64,000 nt of DNA from a virus: IMG/VR virus record IMGVR_UViG_3300042731_008413, positions 1 to 64,000 of that record, one strand, 5' to 3'. Below the pieces are notes generated by a model. The model saw nothing but the letters and a program-made list of their open reading frames with translations, did no database searches and was not told the DNA's origin. Every line of letters starts with the position of its first letter. Positions within the stretch are counted from its first letter, which is position 1. The translations under genes were made by a program, and so were the position numbers. Positions 37,058 to 48,158 of the stretch are shown piece after piece.

Positions 37058-40000
37058 TGGAACCGAAACAAATTTTAATCAGGGTTCTAACTAAATTCGA
37101 GGATGCCGGGGTTCAAGCTGCTAAAAAAGTGGTGGCCGATACCGCTAATCAGATCAACCGGGCCGGCAAAGCGGCGGCCAAATCTTCGGTTGATTTCAAG
37201 CGGTTGGGAGCATCTATCAGGGGGGTTGTTTCTGGCTTTAAAGGTTTGGGTGGGGGTATCCTCGGTGCATTAAACCCACTCCGCTTGTTCGATAATATCT
37301 TTGGCCGGGTCACCATTGGTTTGGCTACCTGGGAAGCATGGCGGAGAGTTAAGGCCGGATTCGAGGCTATAGCCGATGCCACGGTCAACGCCAATGCCAA
37401 GATGCAGGTGGCTTTTGGGGCTTTTACCGCTTTCTCTGGGGGGAGTGAGGAATCGGCCAACCAATTCATTGGTATCCTCAAACAATTATCCATCGAAACC
37501 GGGGTGGCTTTTGATACCCTTCTGGATAACGCCAAAGCCCTGCCTACCAAAGTCGGTCAGAACTTTCAGGCATTTGAAGAGATAGCCAAGACCGCTATTG
37601 CCCTGGGTTTTCTGGACCCTGCTCAGGGGGTTGAGGGGGCGTTCTTTGCTTTGCGTAATGCCCTGGAAGGTGGGGCGCAAGGTCTCCGGTCCTTAATTCA
37701 ACGATTCGAGATTGGAACAGTCAGGGAATTCAACGCGGCCCTGGATGAAACCGGGGATGTGTTATCGGCCTTACAATTAATGCTGAAACGTACCGGCCTG
37801 GACGTTGACACCTTCATCGAAAGCCAGCGCAATACCTACCCGGTCGTTATTCAGAGCATCCAGAGCATCCTCAAAGAACTTCTCAGGATTTCTACCTCGC
37901 AAGTGTTCCAATTGATTACCGATGATTTGGTTCGGATGAGAAATTGGCTTCAGGACAACCAGGCTGCCCTGGAAGCGGTTGCTAGGGTGGTCAGCGAAAA
38001 GATGGTGGTGGCCTTTGGGATGCTCAAGCAATTCATTCGAGACATTATCCTGGGTGGCCGACAACTGACCGCGGGTAATGTTTTTCAGGCCATTATCGAT
38101 GGCATCAATGGTATTATTGAGGTCATCGAGAAAGCGGTTAAGGGCCTCATTCAATTCTTTACCTTGTTGGCCAATCTGGTATCCGGGTTGTTGGGTGGCG
38201 GACAGATCGAAACCGCGGTTTCTGAGAGCGTCACCCAGACTGGAACCGCTACAGCTAAAGCTATTGAATCCTCTACCAAAAAAGTCAAAGCTGCCGGCAA
38301 GGAATTAAAAGACACCGTTGAGGATGTGGTTGAGACCATCATCGAGGTGCCGGCAATGTCTACAGCCAAGATTACCTCTGCCTTGACCGCGGTGACCGAA
38401 GGTGGCAAGGAGACTATCAAACGATATGTCAGTGGATTGGTGGAGGGGTTGGACGCCGCGGGGGTCGAGAAGGTCAGAGACGCTATTCTTAACAACATCA
38501 TTGATCTCGAACGGCAACAACTTGACCAGGAAAAATCAGTCAAGCGGATTGAGGATTGGGTCGATGCCGCGGCCAAAGAGGTTGAAAAGGCTAGAGACCG
38601 GCTGAAGTTGTTTGATCTCAATACGGCTGACATCCCAGAGAGATTCACTAGAGCCAGACGGCGGCAACTTGAACTGGAAATCATGCGAGCCGAACAAGAG
38701 GAGAAACGGCGCAAGGCGGCTCTGGATGCAGCCAAAGAACAATTGGCCGTTACCAAAGATATTCTTAAGGCCCAACGCCAGGTTCTTAGTGAACTCGAAA
38801 GTTCTCTAAAAGATACTGAGGGGGCTGGTGGGGGTATCTTTACCGGGTTTGTTCCGCCTACCACTGACTTAGAGGGCTATCAGGCTCAAGTCGAGTCCCT
38901 GATTGGGTCGTTTAGGGATCGGTTACAGCCTACGTTCACTCGACTTAGGGAAGATTTCGAGAAGCTGGGGCAACTGTTGCGGGGGTTGTTTGGGGCGGAA
39001 TCTACAGGGCGTCTGACTGAATTCTTCGAGGCCGGGCAAAAGATACGGCAGGCTGTAGCCGATATCTCGTCGTTTTTAGGGGGGCTAATCGAGAAGACTG
39101 ATGCCTTGTTTAGCAGTTTGTTCTCTGGGTGGGATAGCCTCGATCCGGGATTAAGGAAATTCCTGTTGGTTATTTTGGGAATTACGGCCATAAAGAATAT
39201 TGGTTCGATTGCCGCGGCTATTAAGTTGGTTTGGTCATTCGGCGGGGTGTTAGCTCAGTTGGGTGGGGCAACGGCAACAGGGTTGATCGCAGCCCTATTT
39301 GGAACCGGTGGGGCGTCGGTAGCTGCCCTGGTGTTGCCAGTTACCATTCTTCTAGCCGAAATCTACCTGGGGCGACACGAACTAAGTAAATGGTTTACTG
39401 GTGAGCGACCCCAACAGTTGATTGTTAGTCTAAAAGTTATTGGGGCTGAAATACTTAATGAAATCCTGGCTCTGTTTGGGCAGGAACCGATATCAATTGA
39501 GGTTGATGGACAAGAGGTAACTCCCCAACGCGGCCTCGGTAATGTGCTATCAGGTATCAGCGAGGCCGTAGGGGGGACTTTAGCTGATTTGGCCGAAAGT
39601 TTGGGTGTTGATAGCGTTATCGAGAAATTGACGGGGGCAGAACCGGAAATTCGTCAAGCGGCTAAAGATGGCATGGCTACCCCTATCATCCAAACCGCCG
39701 AAGATGTCAATCGGGAACTGGTAGGCAACTCTATCTTCCCAGATATGATCTCCAGAATCATCTATCTGTTTACTACCTTGCCAGGCAGACTCCAACCTCA
39801 ACTACAATCATTGCGACTGTTGGTAATCGGTGAAATGGCCTTACTTCGCAACCAGTGGATAATGGATTGGCAGGCAATGGCCCAGGCTACGGTCGATGCC
39901 GTCAACCAGATCAATGCCGCCCAGATGCAAATTCAGACTACGGCAGCTAACTCTACCGCGTCCAGTGCGTCTGCCCCGGCAACCCCATTAACCCCCATCG

Positions 40001-40119
40001 AGCGAATCAGGCTAGAACTCAATGCTCAGGAGACTCGTAGGCTGATGGAAGAGGGGGTGGCTGATGGGATGGCAGAGGTTGCCAGGTATGTCAAGAAGTC
40101 CAGCCCGAAACGGAAATAG
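37057..40119 (+). CDS. tape measure protein
   Basis: 1020 aa, A/G/L-rich helical, LVGNSIFPDM motif, after the chaperones. Confidence 0.9.
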   Translation: MEPKQILIRVLTKFEDAGVQAAKKVVADTANQINRAGKAAAKSSVDFKRLGASIRGVVSGFKGLGGGILGALNPLRLFDNIFGRVTIGLATWEAWRRVKAGFEAIADATVNANAKMQVAFGAFTAFSGGSEESANQFIGILKQLSIETGVAFDTLLDNAKALPTKVGQNFQAFEEIAKTAIALGFLDPAQGVEGAFFALRNALEGGAQGLRSLIQRFEIGTVREFNAALDETGDVLSALQLMLKRTGLDVDTFIESQRNTYPVVIQSIQSILKELLRISTSQVFQLITDDLVRMRNWLQDNQAALEAVARVVSEKMVVAFGMLKQFIRDIILGGRQLTAGNVFQAIIDGINGIIEVIEKAVKGLIQFFTLLANLVSGLLGGGQIETAVSESVTQTGTATAKAIESSTKKVKAAGKELKDTVEDVVETIIEVPAMSTAKITSALTAVTEGGKETIKRYVSGLVEGLDAAGVEKVRDAILNNIIDLERQQLDQEKSVKRIEDWVDAAAKEVEKARDRLKLFDLNTADIPERFTRARRRQLELEIMRAEQEEKRRKAALDAAKEQLAVTKDILKAQRQVLSELESSLKDTEGAGGGIFTGFVPPTTDLEGYQAQVESLIGSFRDRLQPTFTRLREDFEKLGQLLRGLFGAESTGRLTEFFEAGQKIRQAVADISSFLGGLIEKTDALFSSLFSGWDSLDPGLRKFLLVILGITAIKNIGSIAAAIKLVWSFGGVLAQLGGATATGLIAALFGTGGASVAALVLPVTILLAEIYLGRHELSKWFTGERPQQLIVSLKVIGAEILNEILALFGQEPISIEVDGQEVTPQRGLGNVLSGISEAVGGTLADLAESLGVDSVIEKLTGAEPEIRQAAKDGMATPIIQTAEDVNRELVGNSIFPDMISRIIYLFTTLPGRLQPQLQSLRLLVIGEMALLRNQWIMDWQAMAQATVDAVNQINAAQMQIQTTAANSTASSASAPATPLTPIERIRLELNAQETRRLMEEGVADGMAEVARYVKKSSPKRK

Positions 40120-40121
40120 CC

Positions 40122-40538
40122 ATGCCAACTAATCTAGGGCGACCAACCAGCACTCAGATAGGCTTGACTTATGATGCACTAGCCGATGTCAAGGTGGAGC
40201 CGTTTGTGGAGTTCATGACCGGCTCTAATCCCGAGCGAACTGTATGTGGGGGTAGCCGGTGGCAGGGGTCTCCGAAGTGCAGGTGGACGTTTCCGAATAT
40301 GCGTTTGACCGGCGAGGAGTTCTACCAGTTTGCCGGGCTGGTTGGGGATAATCCATCGGTCAGTGTTTATATCACTACTTCTACTCAGAAGATGAATTTG
40401 GAAACGTATACTCCGCTTTACGTCACCTATCAAGGGATTCTGATCTGGCCCGAATCTGATGTGGTGATGACAAAGTATAATGAATGGGAGTTCCCTGATG
40501 AGGGGCTGCTGTTTACGAATTTGACAGGCGTCGATTGA
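40122..40538 (+). CDS. distal tail protein-like
   Basis: Synteny after TMP. Confidence 0.5.
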   Translation: MPTNLGRPTSTQIGLTYDALADVKVEPFVEFMTGSNPERTVCGGSRWQGSPKCRWTFPNMRLTGEEFYQFAGLVGDNPSVSVYITTSTQKMNLETYTPLYVTYQGILIWPESDVVMTKYNEWEFPDEGLLFTNLTGVD

Positions 40539-40549
40539 AAGAATGATTT

Positions 40550-43279
40550 ATGCCCGAAGTGTCAACCACAAATTGGAATCGATTACGCTCCAAAGCCCAA
40601 TGGTCCCGATGTGGGATGCTGGTATTTCAGGCTCCTATCATTGCCACGGCTACGGTTTCAGGTTCCCCGGCAACCGGAGCTACCACCATCAGCCTCTCAG
40701 GTTATTCCGAAGATGAAACCCCGGACGCTTATTACACTGTAATAGTCGGTTCGTCTGCCGGTAACGATGATGGGGGCAAGGTTAGACTCCGCTCCGTCAA
40801 TGACGGTGGCTCATCTATCAAAGTGGCCGTCAATAATATCGAGTGGCCAGATTACCCCTACGTTTCTATCCTTAAGGAAATTTTGCCCTGGTCGATTTTG
40901 CCTGACCTGGGCAACGACAGGATGGACGCTGACATTGCCTACGATGACGAAAACGAGAATTGGCGACCCCTGGCCCGGATAGGTCCACCCTCCTGGGGCT
41001 ATGTCGATGTAGCCACCAGGTTCCATTCCAAAAGTCTGGCCTGGGATGGTTCGGCCAAGGTATTCAATAGCAATAACGTCGCCAGCCATAGTTGGGCCTT
41101 CCCGAGTGGTAGCCCCTCGTCCAGTTCATCGGAAGGCACCGTAGCCAGCCCTATTGAAGTCACCTGGAACACCAAGACAGGCCACAATCCCAAGTATATC
41201 AAATACACCGTGACCGACGCTAGTGGCTTTACCCACACCCGCTACAATCCTCATTGGGTTATCGAGGATTTTACCACGGACTGTTATTGCGATATCGAGA
41301 TTGAGAGTTGTAGCGGCGACTACAGCGCTGGCACCTGGGATGCCAGGATCAAAGTGCGCTCCAATGCTACCAGTTCAGACTTTCCCTCGGACGCAATGAT
41401 CGTTATCATCGCTGAGGATTATTACAACGGCGAAAAGGTCAGTATTGGCGGCAATTGGGAATTTAGGGAAGATGTGGTGTTTATGGGCTGGATTGTGCGC
41501 GGTACCACCTTTCAGGATGCCGAGACCGGGTACGTTACCTTCGATGTGTCCGGCACTATCGGCAAGGCGGCTCAGCTAACCGACTGGCCGGCCAACCTGG
41601 AATATAAATCAAATCCTTCGGCCTGGAACCAACTCAAGAATATGACCTGCGACTTGGCTGCCATCCACATTCTAACCCAACGCACTACCCTGGATCACAT
41701 CGTAGATATTACCCCAATGCAAGATAGTAAAATCCTGCGATATGTCGATATCCCCGAGACAGACGTAGCCACACAGTTAGATGACTATTGTCTGTCTCCC
41801 CGAGGGGGCAAGGCGTTGTCTGATCGGCAGGGACAAATTTACTTCAGCCGAAATCCTAACCTCAGACCATTGTCTGAACGAACTTCGATCACGGAGATCG
41901 GTGAATTCGATTTGGATGATCTGCGCTCTGACCCCGGCCTGGAACTGGCCATCGAAGAGCAGGAACCCCAGGTGGCTCAGGTGGATTTCATTGGTTTTAC
42001 TTATGACGGTAATGACGTGACTCCTCTGTACTCCCTGGCCCCTGAATGGCAATTCCATACAGGTCGAGTAGAGAAAGTGGATGGAGTTCGGGCGGACAGC
42101 CAATCGGAGGCCAATACTCTGGCCGGGATGTATCTGGCCAATTTCAACAACATCTGGACCCAGGTCAGATGCCCCTTCTTCAATTATCGCATATTCGATA
42201 TTGCCCCAGAGCATTATGCTACGTTGTCTCTGGCGGCGACTGATACCGAACGAGGTATCGTTTGGAGTTCACAAAAGCTGCTGGCCCGGTCAGTAGACAT
42301 CACGTATAGTTCCGAGGATGAATCCATCGAAGTCGAGGTCATTTTTGAAAAAGACAGCTTTGGTCCTCCGGGAGTGGGGGGCGGCTATTCCAAGGAGCCA
42401 CCACGCCGGTCGTCATCCCCTGCCCCTGCCCCGGAAATCGAGGCTCCGGCTTTGGCCACCTGGTCCAGCTTTTACATTCGTAAGGGTGGGGATGCACAAT
42501 GGAATGAGCGGGGTGATAGGGGGGTGTTTAACGGCGGTTGTGTGGACCCCTGGTGGTTCACCGACAGCAAGGCTAATTCGACCGATCCTGACAAAGCTAT
42601 CGTTTATGGGTGTGGGGATGATGGAGTATTGCAACGTAGCACTAATGCCGGCCAGACCTGGAGTGACGTTACCTTAATCGCCCCCCCTGATACCTGGACC
42701 GATACTCCGGCTCCTACTATTGATGACATCGATTTGGTGTGGGTCGAAGGTGATTATTTCCAGAACGGTCGATTCTACGTATTGGCCTCCTGGCAAAACG
42801 ACAGCGATCAGTGGCGAGGGTGGATTTGCATCACCGATGATGACTTTCAGAGCTATACATGGTATGCTTTATATGATGACGGGGGGGCTTTACCGGATGA
42901 GGTCCGCCCGTTAGGGGTTGAGGCCAACAAAGAGAACGTGTTGGTTACAGTCTGGACCGATGATATTTTGCAGTTGCAATTGTGGGACCCCCTGCCATTC
43001 GCTTATGGGGGCGAGCATGACCTGGGGAGTGCTTTGACAGCCGAAGTACCCGGTACTTACACGGCCTATCCCAAGATTGTATTGGATGATCCCCAGGTAT
43101 GGTTTGTGTTTGGTCGGATGCAGGGACCACAGGGACTAAGTGATCCCAGTCATATTATCAAGTATAATGGCAGTTGGTCCGAGGTGGAGTCGAGTTGGAC
43201 TACATCTATTTGCGGATCGTTTGATACGGTTAAGCTCGATGACGGGCGAAGGGAGTATTATGCAGTCAGAAACATTTAA
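40550..43279 (+). CDS. tail tip/hub protein with PKD-like and BNR/beta-propeller regions
   Basis: HSWAFPSG, YTVTDASG, STNAGQTW. Confidence 0.6.
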   Translation: MPEVSTTNWNRLRSKAQWSRCGMLVFQAPIIATATVSGSPATGATTISLSGYSEDETPDAYYTVIVGSSAGNDDGGKVRLRSVNDGGSSIKVAVNNIEWPDYPYVSILKEILPWSILPDLGNDRMDADIAYDDENENWRPLARIGPPSWGYVDVATRFHSKSLAWDGSAKVFNSNNVASHSWAFPSGSPSSSSSEGTVASPIEVTWNTKTGHNPKYIKYTVTDASGFTHTRYNPHWVIEDFTTDCYCDIEIESCSGDYSAGTWDARIKVRSNATSSDFPSDAMIVIIAEDYYNGEKVSIGGNWEFREDVVFMGWIVRGTTFQDAETGYVTFDVSGTIGKAAQLTDWPANLEYKSNPSAWNQLKNMTCDLAAIHILTQRTTLDHIVDITPMQDSKILRYVDIPETDVATQLDDYCLSPRGGKALSDRQGQIYFSRNPNLRPLSERTSITEIGEFDLDDLRSDPGLELAIEEQEPQVAQVDFIGFTYDGNDVTPLYSLAPEWQFHTGRVEKVDGVRADSQSEANTLAGMYLANFNNIWTQVRCPFFNYRIFDIAPEHYATLSLAATDTERGIVWSSQKLLARSVDITYSSEDESIEVEVIFEKDSFGPPGVGGGYSKEPPRRSSSPAPAPEIEAPALATWSSFYIRKGGDAQWNERGDRGVFNGGCVDPWWFTDSKANSTDPDKAIVYGCGDDGVLQRSTNAGQTWSDVTLIAPPDTWTDTPAPTIDDIDLVWVEGDYFQNGRFYVLASWQNDSDQWRGWICITDDDFQSYTWYALYDDGGALPDEVRPLGVEANKENVLVTVWTDDILQLQLWDPLPFAYGGEHDLGSALTAEVPGTYTAYPKIVLDDPQVWFVFGRMQGPQGLSDPSHIIKYNGSWSEVESSWTTSICGSFDTVKLDDGRREYYAVRNI

Positions 43280-43970
43280 GGGCCAGTCGTTGGTGGAGAT
43301 GGCTATCGTTACCCCTCTTTTAATTTTTTTGTTCTTGGGGGTGTTTGAGGTTGGATATGTGATCCGATCTTATATGATACTGGATAACGCGGTCAGGGAG
43401 GCAGCCAGGTTTGCCAGCAAACCATCCAATACCAATATTGATGGATTGACCGTGGAGGAAATTGGATATCATAGTGTAATAAGCCATACGCTGGCCACAA
43501 TGTCGGATCAGATTCCGGTGGATTTTGAGGAAAATGGTGTTATTGTCATCTCGTTTTATGATGTGCCGGCTCAATTTCCTTGTGATCCAGAATTACGAGG
43601 TGAACCAATTGGAAATGACATGTGGCCTAACTGTGATTGTAATTTAGCTGTGCTCAATCCCTATAAACCAATTATGGTCGATCACCCAGGGTATTCTTCC
43701 AGACTGACATTCTCGAAGCCGTTATCTGTAGCTGGCCGAATCGATACATTTGATATGGCTGAACGATTGGGGCGCGAACAGTTAAAACAAATGTGTGCTT
43801 TGGGGAAAAGCGACGAACAAGCTGCGCTAACGATTCATCAGATAGTAATAGTTGAGGTCTGGTATGACCATTATCAATTATTTGGTTTTCCATTGCTTTC
43901 CAATCCGTTTACCGATCCAATTGAGTTGTATAGCCGGGCGGTAATGCGATATATTAAGGATAGAGAATAA
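43260..43970 (+). CDS. TadE/TadG-like pseudopilin
   Basis: KGQSLVEMAIVTPLLIFLFLG..E.G...NAVREAARFAS prepilin signal. Confidence 0.85.
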   Translation: MQSETFKGQSLVEMAIVTPLLIFLFLGVFEVGYVIRSYMILDNAVREAARFASKPSNTNIDGLTVEEIGYHSVISHTLATMSDQIPVDFEENGVIVISFYDVPAQFPCDPELRGEPIGNDMWPNCDCNLAVLNPYKPIMVDHPGYSSRLTFSKPLSVAGRIDTFDMAERLGREQLKQMCALGKSDEQAALTIHQIVIVEVWYDHYQLFGFPLLSNPFTDPIELYSRAVMRYIKDRE

Positions 43971-45436
43971 TGACTTTATCCGTGTTAGACACAGATTCGG
44001 ACGGTTTTGGCCCGGCAGCCAGATGTGCCGGCCCTGAATACGGGTCTGATTATTTTATCTGTTATACCAGTGGCAATGCTCGTATCGCTCAAGTTGACAC
44101 CGAGGCCGAGACGATCACGATGTTGGGGGCCGGAAATACCGATGTGGTTAGCGAAACCATCTCTGAGGACGGCGGGGTATCGCTAATACCTGGCACAGAT
44201 TATGGTTTGATTGCATACGAGGTTGATGGCCTTCCTTGTTGCGATACCGATTGTACTATTTATGCCAAGATTATAGAGCCTGCCACTAGCGGCACGACAG
44301 TTCAGGCTCACACGGCTGATTCTGAAGATTTCTCATATTACGATGGGGGTGGACAAACAGCTTTTGCCAATGCTCCTTCTTCTTCAATTGTTGAAATATT
44401 TGTGCAAGCCCTGAGCGACACTCTGGGCTTGATCGTATGGAGTATTACAAGCACGCCACCATCAGAAAAATATGGAATGTATGCCGTGGTGGACATATCC
44501 GGCACCACAGTTACGGTCAACACGCCCGGTTACATTGTTGAATTGAGTGAATTTGAAGATACTCATACTTGGGGCTACGTACCATTGGCCATGAAAAGGA
44601 TTTCTGACACAGAAGCATTATTAATATATCGGATGAGTCCAGATGATAATGATGATGAGGTATGGATTGCCAAGATAACCGTGTCAGGTAGTACTGTGTC
44701 ATTAAGCAATCAGACCTTGATTCATCAAGAGCCGGATGTATCAACGGCTGGACTTGATGCGTTTACCTGTCAGGATAGCTGTATTGGGGTTAATCCCAAC
44801 GCCGGTGAGTATCTGGCCGCTATTTATAACACGGCTGGTTATGGCGAATCTTGGTGGTTTAGGACTGATGATGATGCCTCAGTAGGGGCTTTAACCCATA
44901 AAGATGAATATCCTTATCCTTGCCCAAGCGCGCCAATGGCTGACAATCAGTTTCTTACTGCTACTAAAGATGAAAACGGTACAAATGATCTTGAAGTTCA
45001 AGTAGCCACAATCGAAAGTGACGATTCTATCACCTTGGAATCTAGTCCCAGCCCTATCACTTTAACTGGTGTATCAACCATTCCAAGGGATGTTTATGTT
45101 GTCGGGGCTGGCTATTCTGTGGTTTTTGGCAATACTGAGGCGTTCTTAATAGGGGGGGTGGAGATCACAGAGGCACCAGATATAGAGCCATCCGTAGATT
45201 ATGATGAGTTTTATTACGGCATTGAATCTCTTGATAAAATGTGTGATTTGTCCTTCGGGGTCAAGCCCAAAGGAATGGCCATCAACCCAGACACCAAGGA
45301 TGTGGTAGTAGTTTCCGACACAGCCCAGGCCACGATGTCAGAACGTATGCTCAAGGATGAGAGTTACGCCACGGCCAATGATTTTAGTGATGGATTGGGA
45401 ATCGATGAGGATATAGACGCGGTGGAGTATATCTGA
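43970..45436 (+). CDS. acidic beta-rich tail-associated protein
   Basis: Position; D/E/T/S-rich, SGTTVT repeats. Confidence 0.5.
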   Translation: MTLSVLDTDSDGFGPAARCAGPEYGSDYFICYTSGNARIAQVDTEAETITMLGAGNTDVVSETISEDGGVSLIPGTDYGLIAYEVDGLPCCDTDCTIYAKIIEPATSGTTVQAHTADSEDFSYYDGGGQTAFANAPSSSIVEIFVQALSDTLGLIVWSITSTPPSEKYGMYAVVDISGTTVTVNTPGYIVELSEFEDTHTWGYVPLAMKRISDTEALLIYRMSPDDNDDEVWIAKITVSGSTVSLSNQTLIHQEPDVSTAGLDAFTCQDSCIGVNPNAGEYLAAIYNTAGYGESWWFRTDDDASVGALTHKDEYPYPCPSAPMADNQFLTATKDENGTNDLEVQVATIESDDSITLESSPSPITLTGVSTIPRDVYVVGAGYSVVFGNTEAFLIGGVEITEAPDIEPSVDYDEFYYGIESLDKMCDLSFGVKPKGMAINPDTKDVVVVSDTAQATMSERMLKDESYATANDFSDGLGIDEDIDAVEYI

Positions 45437-45437
45437 T

Positions 45438-47696
45438 ATGGCTCGTCAATCACCCAAGATGAAGCAAGCCATCCGGTTATGGCAATCGCTTCAGGATGAG
45501 AAGCAAAACAGAATTCAGCGCCAAAGAGGTATTCTGGGCAATGGGACCGGTATTGTTCGAGTGCCTGATCGTCCCGATCTGGTCTATATGCGTCTCAATG
45601 CGGATTCTACCCGCGTCTGGAAGGTGGTCAACGATCAGGTGGCTGACACTGATGGCCTCCCGGTCATTGCCGAAAAACATCCTGACACCGACTTCTGGGA
45701 AGTCATCGATGTAGACAAAGAGGCATTAATTTCTTCCGGCACCGGCTTTACCGGCATTCCCTACCGAAAAACCCACGGCGAAACCCACGAATGGCCGGAT
45801 GGATCACCTGGCATCGACGCGGTGAATGTCTATCGCCGGTCGCTGGTCGATCTTCGCACCGAGCCGGTCTACGAAAATTATTCCCTGAACGTCTACGTCA
45901 GGCCATTGGTTTACTCATATCAGGGTACAATCAAGCGCTACAAAGGTACTCAGCCCTATCTTAGCCTGTCTTCTTACGTCCCCCAGACAGGCATCCGATC
46001 CATTCTGACCTATCTGGATATTCGGACCAATTATTTTTGGGCTTCTCCCGGACCACCGACCTCATATTACGTTGGCAACACCCCTACTGAGCCGAATGTG
46101 CCCTGGTATGCCAAACCATCGGCTCTGGTGACATTGCGGGAATCCCAGAATATCATCACCGAGGCGGACATTGAGGATATTCGAGATGTCATTGATGATG
46201 AGGGTATCCATCATAATCTGACAGCCAGCCGTGCCCCGACAATAAATGATGATGCCTTGAGCGGGTATTCAGAAGGGTCGTTTTGGTTGTTTGGGACTAC
46301 GCTGTACGCGTGTTCTAATCCGGCGATTGGGGCGGCGGTGTGGGGGCAGGTAAATGGGGGTGGTAATGCCTGGCCTCTTGACGATCAACTACTTGATGAA
46401 GATGCTACAGAGTATGCAAATATCTTAGCATTGATAACTGCCTTGAATACGGGCGGGAAGAGTAACGGCTACCTGGGGCCAGGCTTTTTTACGTATTCTT
46501 CAGCAGACATTTCCTGGTTTAACGGAAATACGGCTCTTGTTGGGGTAACGAGACGCCGAAGCCGGATTGAGTTCGATGCCGGCCATAGTCTGCTACTTGG
46601 CGCGGGCGTAGAAATAAAGGCGTTGGGGATATCCTCAACTGGAGGGAGTGGGGATACCGGATGTATAGAGATTGGCAACAATGTAAGCTCTGTTTTTCTC
46701 AAATTATTGTATTTAACTACCACGGCTCCATCGGGAAACGATGCCTATGCTCTCAAGGTGGGCACAAATAACATCGGGCATCATTTTATCGATCTCGAAT
46801 GTCTTGCCAGTGCGTCCGGCGGTGGTACTGCATATGCCTTATATATAGACACAGGATGTTCCGCTATTATTGTGGAGGGTGGATATTATCAGGGAGATGT
46901 TACTATCGCCGGGGCCAGTGGCGTCAGTCTTTTGGGTCCGATAATTACTGGGACGGTTTCTTTTTCATCTGCTACAAATGGATGGTATATCGATTCGAGT
47001 GATGACCTTCATTTTGTAAAAGGTGGGTCAGACATCGCTGTTATTGATAGCGATGGGATAACACTGCCTGAGAGCGGCGATGACATTTATATCGCCGGTG
47101 ATGAGGCAGGAGTAAAAGAGCGCAATACTGATTTTGGCGTAACTAGCATTACAGACCACTTTGATAATGACTCTTTCTCCGGGTGGTCGTGGTCAAATTA
47201 TGGTGGTATGATTACGCCCGACAACATTTCAATGACGGCCTATCCTTCTATGGTCCGCATATACAATAGCTCCGGGGGGAAATGGTTTGCCTATCAGTCA
47301 TATTCATCGGCAGTTCCAAAGGTAAGGCTCACAGCAGGTGAGCAAACTTATATTGGGTTGCGGATAGATGATGGTACGGACAGTAACTACGTGGAAATTT
47401 CAATTCTGCTTAGCGGTGGAGTATATAACATCTACACAACCAAGTCAGTTAGCGGCGTTGTGACCGGCCCAACATTGAGAGCCACTGGTGTACCGGCAGG
47501 ATTTTATATATTAGGCTTTTCCAGAAGCGGTGACAACGTGCAGTCGCTCTATACTCTTAATAGTCTTGCGTTGACCAGATTAGCTGGGGAGACCGTAACA
47601 TCATTTTCACCAGCGAACACTGGGTTTTTTGGCAGCCATAATTCCGGTTCACCAAACGTGGCACACGCTGGTGTGTTTGATTGGATTTTTAAGTGA
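45438..47696 (+). CDS. tail fibre/receptor-binding protein
   Basis: APTINDD..GYS.GS.W...A.GAAVW linker; G/S-rich beta-helix-like middle. Confidence 0.65.
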   Translation: MARQSPKMKQAIRLWQSLQDEKQNRIQRQRGILGNGTGIVRVPDRPDLVYMRLNADSTRVWKVVNDQVADTDGLPVIAEKHPDTDFWEVIDVDKEALISSGTGFTGIPYRKTHGETHEWPDGSPGIDAVNVYRRSLVDLRTEPVYENYSLNVYVRPLVYSYQGTIKRYKGTQPYLSLSSYVPQTGIRSILTYLDIRTNYFWASPGPPTSYYVGNTPTEPNVPWYAKPSALVTLRESQNIITEADIEDIRDVIDDEGIHHNLTASRAPTINDDALSGYSEGSFWLFGTTLYACSNPAIGAAVWGQVNGGGNAWPLDDQLLDEDATEYANILALITALNTGGKSNGYLGPGFFTYSSADISWFNGNTALVGVTRRRSRIEFDAGHSLLLGAGVEIKALGISSTGGSGDTGCIEIGNNVSSVFLKLLYLTTTAPSGNDAYALKVGTNNIGHHFIDLECLASASGGGTAYALYIDTGCSAIIVEGGYYQGDVTIAGASGVSLLGPIITGTVSFSSATNGWYIDSSDDLHFVKGGSDIAVIDSDGITLPESGDDIYIAGDEAGVKERNTDFGVTSITDHFDNDSFSGWSWSNYGGMITPDNISMTAYPSMVRIYNSSGGKWFAYQSYSSAVPKVRLTAGEQTYIGLRIDDGTDSNYVEISILLSGGVYNIYTTKSVSGVVTGPTLRATGVPAGFYILGFSRSGDNVQSLYTLNSLALTRLAGETVTSFSPANTGFFGSHNSGSPNVAHAGVFDWIFK

Positions 47697-48158
47697 GGGA
47701 AAATAAAAATGATAAGGATTTGGCGCCTCGATATGAGGATGCCAATATCGCCAACACGATTAATTCTGTGGCCGCGAGCTATTATATGGCGCAAAATTGT
47801 TACGTTGGGGCTTCGATATTTACGAGAATTGATTCGATAAGCGACATTAATATCGGTTGTGTGGTCATGAATTATAAATATTTGTTTAACAAGTGAATGA
47901 ACAAAGAGAAGAAGTCAGAAAAATTTATCAATCACTACATTGATACTTTCTACCCGGCAATCGCCGGGTGCATGAGTATCCAACGAAGCCAGGCTACGCC
48001 ATATATGGACTCTAAGCGGACGCTGGTCAAAGGCCAGCAGTCTACCGATACGGACCGGACCGCTGCTGCTGCTTAAGGCGCTGGTGTTTACGGCAAGATA
48101 TCTTAATGAGTTAATCCAGTAGAGTGTGGCTACTCAGGGGGGTTAGATTTTTTAACAA

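Noticed and set aside
47692-47701. Self-target for spacer AGTGAGGGAATAGAC...
   Set aside because: Only 10 nt match, expected by chance about 0.1 times in 128 kb; I saw no full protospacer by eye
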